Source: Candidatus Bathyarchaeota archaeon (lineage in GTDB: Archaea; Thermoproteota; Bathyarchaeia; 40CM-2-53-6). From it: a stretch of 64,000 nucleotides of DNA. The notes under the pieces were generated by a model. It had not been told where the DNA came from and searched no databases. It saw only the letters and a program-made list of their open reading frames with translations. Positions within the stretch are counted from its first letter, which is position 1. Each line of letters begins with the position of its first letter. Positions 62,925-64,000 of the stretch are shown piece by piece. The stretch covers positions 64,001 to 128,000 of the forward strand of contig CAWHWX010000018.1 of assembly GCA_963833125.1 (NCBI GenBank). The letters are read 5' to 3'. Position numbers and translations under genes: made by a program.

Positions 62925-64000
62925 TCAGGTGAGCTTCTTTATTCTCCGTTTCTTCTTGCGGGCGAAGTAAATCGCTGGGGCTACTTCGTCAGCAAATTCC
63001 TGTAACATCGATTGATCTTCGTTAGAATAGCCCATGCCTGATTCTCTGGGATCAAGCGCTAAGAGGCGAACCAACCGAGAACTCTTCGATTCCCCACTGA
63101 CTGACGAAGGCAAAGTCAATGGTAGAATCAGAGGAAGAACTTTATCGTCTGACCTGAAGATTGGGGTTCCATCCATCAGACGGCCTAAGCTGGTTTTGTC
63201 CTTTGGAAGATGGGTTGGTTTCGATGGTAGGTTCATCATCTTGGCCAGTTTTAGTTGTCCCCTCGAGTCACCAAGATATACTGCGCCACATCGGATCTTC
63301 AGGAGTTCACAGGTTCTTTCAACTACTTCATTTAATATTTGAGGGAGGTTCTTCAGGTTGCGAATTCGTGAGCGAATTCCGAAAGTTGGCGGCGAAGATG
63401 TACTTGTCTTTGTAGAACATTCGGTTTATGAATTCCTCGCTTCGTTTGTGTATCGGAGAAACAGACTTGCCGACGATCAACGTGGAGCCAACGCCTGAAA
63501 ACTGTGAAGCGTAACGTGAGAGGCTCGAGAACGAGTAAGCGGCGAATAGAACGGATCCGACGAGTCCCTCAAGCACCTTGTCGCTGACCCAAAATAGCAG
63601 AAACAAGCAACCGCTTAACAGTGTGTAAATCAGCGTGCGGTTGATAACCACATAATGTCCCACAAACGACGTCGAAGAATTGAGAGACCTATGCATATTG
63701 GGACTATTGATTGGGAGACTAGGAACGCTGCGAGAAAATTTCGGTAAACGAATAGGTAATCAGAGACGGAAAGAAAGATACTATCGAGATAACTAAGGCA
63801 ACGAGTAGACTGAACAAGATACCTGCTGCCCGCGAATCCGAATGCTACCCATTTAGTCTGTTGCCGCTGTTCCTGCGTCGAACGGCACGGTACCGTACGA
63901 CCTGGGCGTAGATCCCGGGAGAAAGCCCGAAGACATAGAGCAACGCCAGGTATTGGAACGGCCAATTGTAAGGGTTGAAGATGCGGAAAAATAATGATAG
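62925..64000 (-). pseudogene. multi-TM sensor-type membrane protein with GAF-like tail, in several frames and truncated by the window end
   Basis: QQTKWVAFG, PICIGLSILRRRLWDI..VINRTLIY, HKRSEEFINRMFY and YSNEDQSMLQEFADEVAPA across ORFs 63630-63965, 63328-63696 and 62925-63239. Confidence 0.55.

Noticed and set aside
1-64000. CRISPR array, rRNA, transposase or integrase genes
   Set aside because: None seen: no regularly spaced repeats and no recognisable motifs.

Overview
Archaeal chromosome segment (about 50% GC). Cdc48, aEF-1beta, TFS, FEN1, Trm5, geranylgeranyl reductase, a CFI-box-CTERM surface protein and tRNAs with several non-canonical BHB introns point to TACK/Thermoproteota, most plausibly Bathyarchaeia (inference). 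The first 25 kb is catabolic: two CoA-transferase pairs, an M20 deacylase, LLM oxidoreductases, a xanthine-dehydrogenase-family Mo enzyme, two knotted-type carbamoyltransferases around a carbamate kinase, a class III aminotransferase, an Ord-like dehydrogenase and ETF with a membrane Fe-S oxidoreductase. The middle holds housekeeping genes and a TrmB-flanked glycosylation locus. The last 12 kb is accessory: tRNA-Ala (1 intron), tRNA-Phe and tRNA-Gly (3 introns each), an arsenic cluster and decayed copies of the tRNA-Gly 3' end. The best candidate for an undescribed system is at 54.4-57.0 kb. An uncalled 36-aa ORF copies the N-terminal helix of the adjacent winged-helix regulator (microProtein-like), and the pair sits among genes with duplicated promoters, including a zinc-ribbon/wHTH/transglutaminase-like protein. 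About 20 single-base frameshifts, some in core genes, suggest uncorrected sequencing indels, so split ORFs are reported as single genes.
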